A stretch of 64,000 nt of DNA from IMG/VR virus record IMGVR_UViG_3300037067_021792; one strand, written 5' to 3'. This DNA is from a virus (Duplodnaviria > Caudoviricetes). Shown piece by piece: positions 60,569 through 64,000 of this stretch; position 1 is the first letter of the stretch, and the number at the start of each line of letters is the position of its first letter. Under the pieces are notes generated by a model, which had not been told where the DNA came from, made no database searches, and saw only the letters and a program-made list of their open reading frames with translations. A program made the translations under genes and the position numbers.

Positions 60569-61675
60569 ATGTCCAGAATGCACTATTGTATGAATGGAGT
60601 TCCTGTAACTCAACAGGTTGTAAAATACCAAAAGACCCATGATAACAGGGATTATTTGCCCATACAGTTGTATTATGAGAGGTATAAAGACAAGTGGTAT
60701 AACAAAATTAAAGACCATATTGATCGGGTTTCTTTTGATTCTGATTATGATTATCGTCTTGTAAAAGCGGTTGACAGCTTTAGTATGTCAAAAGCCAAAC
60801 TTATTGCAGATAAAAAGGGATATGGTTCTTTGGCCGCGTTTAACGGATGGTTTTACTCATGTCTTTCAAATTGGAGCAACAATATAATTACATCATCGTA
60901 TCGTATGAAAAAAAGGCCATCTGTTTCATGCCCAATTTGCGGTCGAATGGTGACAAATATCACTGAGGATCATTTAAAGCACTACAAAACAATTGGCGAT
61001 TTACCTAAATTTGTAACATGGAAAAATAAAATATACGAGGTATGCCCGATCCCTAAAAATGTCATAACATGCTGGGGCGATTATGCCATAACCAAAATGA
61101 GGAATCTGAATAAAGGCATTTCGAAACCTTATTTAAATGACAAACACAAGGTATTGTGGCCTTGGCATGATTCCAATGGTGACCCGCGGGTCATATGTCC
61201 GTTTACTCGCAAGATGGTCAAACAAATTGATGATGAGTATATTCAATCTTTGCCAAATGAATATAACCGATATTCAGAACACATAGAATGGTCATCATTT
61301 ATTGAAAAGTATCCTGGAACTTTACTTCACGCAGATATATATAGTTTAGACCATTTATCATCGTCTAATGATATATCTCTTGCTGACTATGTGTCTACAG
61401 ATTTAAGGGTAGATCAAGGGAATTCCTATATGGACTGGCAAATGATTAGGAATGGAGTAAGTAATACAAAATACGACCATGTGTTTAAAATTATTGATAG
61501 ATATGTAGATGAATCTGACAGAGATATATTCAAGCTACTTGCAATTGGTTATACTGTAGATGACATAGCTGACACTTTAAATATCGACAAAAAATCAATT
61601 AAGGATTCAATGAAAACCGCAAAAAGCCTCGATGAAATGAAGCAAATGCTGATTGAATCTTGTTGTATAATATAA
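60569..61675 (+). CDS. Sigma70-like factor with Cys/His insert
   Basis: Region 2-like AFNGWFYSCLSNW; region 4 HTH DRDIFKLLAIGYTVDDIADTLNI; CPICG..HLKH insert; GGAG SD before ATG 60569. Confidence 0.6.
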   Translation: MSRMHYCMNGVPVTQQVVKYQKTHDNRDYLPIQLYYERYKDKWYNKIKDHIDRVSFDSDYDYRLVKAVDSFSMSKAKLIADKKGYGSLAAFNGWFYSCLSNWSNNIITSSYRMKKRPSVSCPICGRMVTNITEDHLKHYKTIGDLPKFVTWKNKIYEVCPIPKNVITCWGDYAITKMRNLNKGISKPYLNDKHKVLWPWHDSNGDPRVICPFTRKMVKQIDDEYIQSLPNEYNRYSEHIEWSSFIEKYPGTLLHADIYSLDHLSSSNDISLADYVSTDLRVDQGNSYMDWQMIRNGVSNTKYDHVFKIIDRYVDESDRDIFKLLAIGYTVDDIADTLNIDKKSIKDSMKTAKSLDEMKQMLIESCCII

Positions 61676-61689
61676 CAGAGGAGAAATTT

Positions 61690-62205
61690 ATGAAAACCGA
61701 AGAACAAAGTATGCCAGATATAGTGAATGAAAACGAGGAAATTCAGAAAAATTTTGAGTCTTTTAGGGACCACAAATCTGATCCAGGTTTTTTGGTGGCC
61801 AAGGGTCGATTTGATGCCAGCAACGACGATGAGCGACAGGAAATGCGCAGAAAGCATGTTAAAAAACTTGCGTCAGCCATTTTTATGGCAATGACAAATC
61901 ATGGTTATGCGACAATTCGGGCTGTCGGACCATTTGCGAACGACAATGCTGTAAAAGCACTGACATTGGCAACTGGATATTGCGTTTCTAGGGGCATAGA
62001 GTTATGTTGGACATCATCCGAGTCTACAGGGAATCTCGGAAGACTCCGAAAAGAAGGGCATGTTGATTCAGTGAGTGCTACTTGCTATACAGTTAAAGAT
62101 TGGAAGGACTGGAAAGAAACGGACCTATCTAATATTCCCACTAATAATCTAGAGGATGAACTTGCTCGACGTAAACGCGCTGTAACTAATATAACAGGAG
62201 AGTGA
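61690..62205 (+). CDS. SpoVS-like (Alba-fold) protein
   Basis: KKLASAI...ATIRAVGPFANDNAVKALTLATGY matches the SpoVS core; GAGGAG SD and TATAAT (61666) upstream. Confidence 0.7.
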   Translation: MKTEEQSMPDIVNENEEIQKNFESFRDHKSDPGFLVAKGRFDASNDDERQEMRRKHVKKLASAIFMAMTNHGYATIRAVGPFANDNAVKALTLATGYCVSRGIELCWTSSESTGNLGRLRKEGHVDSVSATCYTVKDWKDWKETDLSNIPTNNLEDELARRKRAVTNITGE

Positions 62206-62798
62206 TGATGGAATATATGGATAAAATACCAGAATTTTTGCAGCCGGATTTGCCCGTTGATTATGTTTTAAGTTCCGTATTTGAAATCGAGAATGTAATG
62301 CTACATTTGGAGGAACTTGGGAAGAGGCTTGAGCACTTAAAGGGGCTCAAGAAATACCGAGCACAGACGATTGATCAGCAAATTCATACGATTGAGTCCG
62401 ACGTGGACTATTTTAGAAATATTATTTTGCGAACAATGCAAAAGGCCAATGAAAAAACTCTTCAATTCCCAGATGTTGGCAAAGTCAGTAGAAGAAAAGT
62501 TGGCGCTGGATGGTCTATTGAAAATGAAAATGATTTAATCGCATTTTTTGATAGCCGAGGAGAAAAGGGCTCGATTGTCAAAGTCAAAGAAGTGTTAGAT
62601 GTTCGAATTGCAAAGAAATTAGCTGAAACATATATCGAGTCTGGTGTTACAGTTCCTGGTGTGGCGGAAATCCCAGAAAGTGAAAGTATTAGCATATCAT
62701 TTGAAAAAGAAGATGCGAAGCCGCAACCTAAGTTATCAGTAAAACCAAAAAACAAGGCTGCGGTTGATGCGGTAGAATTCAACGAGTCTGAACTATGA
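62202..62798 (+). CDS. Gam/siphovirus gp157-like coiled-coil protein
   Basis: Coiled coil, then KTLQFPDVGKVSRRK...VKEVLD...GVTVPGV. Confidence 0.6.
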   Translation: MMMEYMDKIPEFLQPDLPVDYVLSSVFEIENVMLHLEELGKRLEHLKGLKKYRAQTIDQQIHTIESDVDYFRNIILRTMQKANEKTLQFPDVGKVSRRKVGAGWSIENENDLIAFFDSRGEKGSIVKVKEVLDVRIAKKLAETYIESGVTVPGVAEIPESESISISFEKEDAKPQPKLSVKPKNKAAVDAVEFNESEL

Positions 62799-63577
62799 GT
62801 AACGTCCATATTTTTGGTGGAGAGAAAAAAGATACCCCCAGCAAGAATCCATATGGCATACCTACAACCGACGATAATATAGGTGCGCCTGTTGTATCCC
62901 TTAATATTTTGTACGAATCACTCCCGGCAACGGAAGGGTGTGAAAATTGTCTATCTTGTCATTCAGAAAAGGATTGGTGTTGCCTTCATATTAATCCCAG
63001 TATGTACTACGTTGAATTTTTAAATGTTTGGAAAGAAGTCCAAAAATGGAGCAAAGAAAAACGACTCCAGATAATTTTGCGTGCGATTAAAAACTATTTA
63101 AGTAATAATGACAGCAAAGGATGTATTTTTTACGATTCAAAATGTTTGGTCTACAAATCTAGACCTTTGCAATGTAGGTTTTACGGTGTTATATCCGAAG
63201 AGAGCTGGAACAAAAGGTCGGAGTCTATAAAGAAGCAATATGATGTCGAAAATATGTCTGAAGAATTTAGGGCTAAATTAGTTCAATGTAATTTAGTAAA
63301 ATGCAAAGGTGAAGATGATTGTATATCAATACAAAATGAGAATAAATGGTTTATCCACGCTGCGAAATGTGAGGCCAGAATAGGAGTTAATCCTAAGACC
63401 ATATTAGAGCACGATGGTCCCAAGGGTTCTTACAGAACATTCCACGACCATATTATGCTAGAATTTTTTGAAAATGAGTCTCTGAATAAATTAACTCAAT
63501 TTAAAATGTCTATGCCAAGCGACGATGATATAGATAAATTTGCTAATATTTTAGTCGGGATGCTGAACAATGAGTGA
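62795..63577 (+). CDS. YkgJ-like (CxxCxxCC) Zn/Fe-chelating protein
   Basis: CENC..C....WCC and CIFYDSKCLVYKSRPLQCRFYG. Confidence 0.75.
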   Translation: MSNVHIFGGEKKDTPSKNPYGIPTTDDNIGAPVVSLNILYESLPATEGCENCLSCHSEKDWCCLHINPSMYYVEFLNVWKEVQKWSKEKRLQIILRAIKNYLSNNDSKGCIFYDSKCLVYKSRPLQCRFYGVISEESWNKRSESIKKQYDVENMSEEFRAKLVQCNLVKCKGEDDCISIQNENKWFIHAAKCEARIGVNPKTILEHDGPKGSYRTFHDHIMLEFFENESLNKLTQFKMSMPSDDDIDKFANILVGMLNNE

Positions 63578-64000
63578 GCCGTATCTAGTAAAATGTCTTC
63601 AGTCGAAATTTGATCCAGACAATGGTATGCTCGTATTGGACTGCCTGTTTGAGCACCAGAATATTCGGAGAATTGTTTATTTTTGCAGGGATGATTTTCA
63701 TTATCATGGGAATCCAGTGCCTGACAATGAGATGCACAAGACCGCATCCCTTTTTAAAGGAAAGCGATTTAATTTAGTAGTTGAAAATGATCCTGAACTG
63801 GAATCTCTTACTCCCGAGAAACAACAAGAGTATGCGGCGACATTCAACAGCAGAATTGCGCAAGAAATGAAAGATGTGCAGGAGGGGTTATCTAGCGAGG
63901 AAGGCCAAATTCAGCGGAAATTGGGTAGACTTATGGATGCCGGCAAACTAAAATTAGATGCAGGGACTCTTTTGGGTAAAGAGATAGCTATTAGAGCTAA
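63570..64000 (+). CDS. Hypothetical protein (3'-truncated)
   Basis: MSEPYLVKCLQSKFD... open to the window end; not in the ORF track. Confidence 0.6.
   Translation, partial: MSEPYLVKCLQSKFDPDNGMLVLDCLFEHQNIRRIVYFCRDDFHYHGNPVPDNEMHKTASLFKGKRFNLVVENDPELESLTPEKQQEYAATFNSRIAQEMKDVQEGLSSEEGQIQRKLGRLMDAGKLKLDAGTLLGKEIAIRA

Noticed and set aside
1143-63747. Numerous short minus-strand and nested plus-strand ORFs in the track
   Set aside because: They are shadows of long + strand genes with no motifs or RBS. Only 53813-54733 has domain signatures and expression signals.
1-64000. Stop-codon reassignment, as in some large phages
   Set aside because: Very long ORFs and tight junctions under the standard code; TAA, TAG and TGA all end genes at sensible boundaries.

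Overview
AT-rich, gene-dense segment with essentially all credible genes on the + strand in the standard genetic code. Gene content points to a very large (jumbo/huge) tailed phage; this is inferred, as no capsid or terminase gene is in the window. 1-27.4 kb: a tightly coupled block of giant putative virion tail/baseplate proteins (2722, ~2290, ~3100 aa; Ig/FN3, LamG, beta-propeller, Kelch, PA14, split vWA). 27.5-33.8 kb: three glycosyltransferases, an HTH-metallophosphoesterase and small unknowns. 33.8-64 kb: a replication/recombination/host-takeover module: SF2 helicase with a LAGLIDADG intein, two adenine MTases, IF3, Ycf46-like AAA+, DnaC-like loader, DnaB, a primase split into two distant genes, family-4 UDG, DnaE split into two genes, SSB, RecA, Cas4-like nuclease, sigma-like factor, and SpoVS-, Gam/gp157- and YkgJ-like proteins. 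Highlights: (1) a DnaE intein whose central ~920 nt are dual-coding, with a zinc-finger/Vsr-like endonuclease in the +1 frame with its own RBS and promoter-like motif; (2) DnaE split without a split intein, with a degenerate duplicated palm segment and a PUA/ASCH-like gene between the halves; (3) a probable recoding site (stop codon inside a hairpin) at the start of a giant tail gene; (4) a ~285-nt structured intergenic RNA candidate; (5) a QxGDIFG tail shared by DnaE and a Dam-type MTase; (6) a recurrent DPY motif confined to the virion proteins. All calls come from motif recognition by eye; no searches were run.
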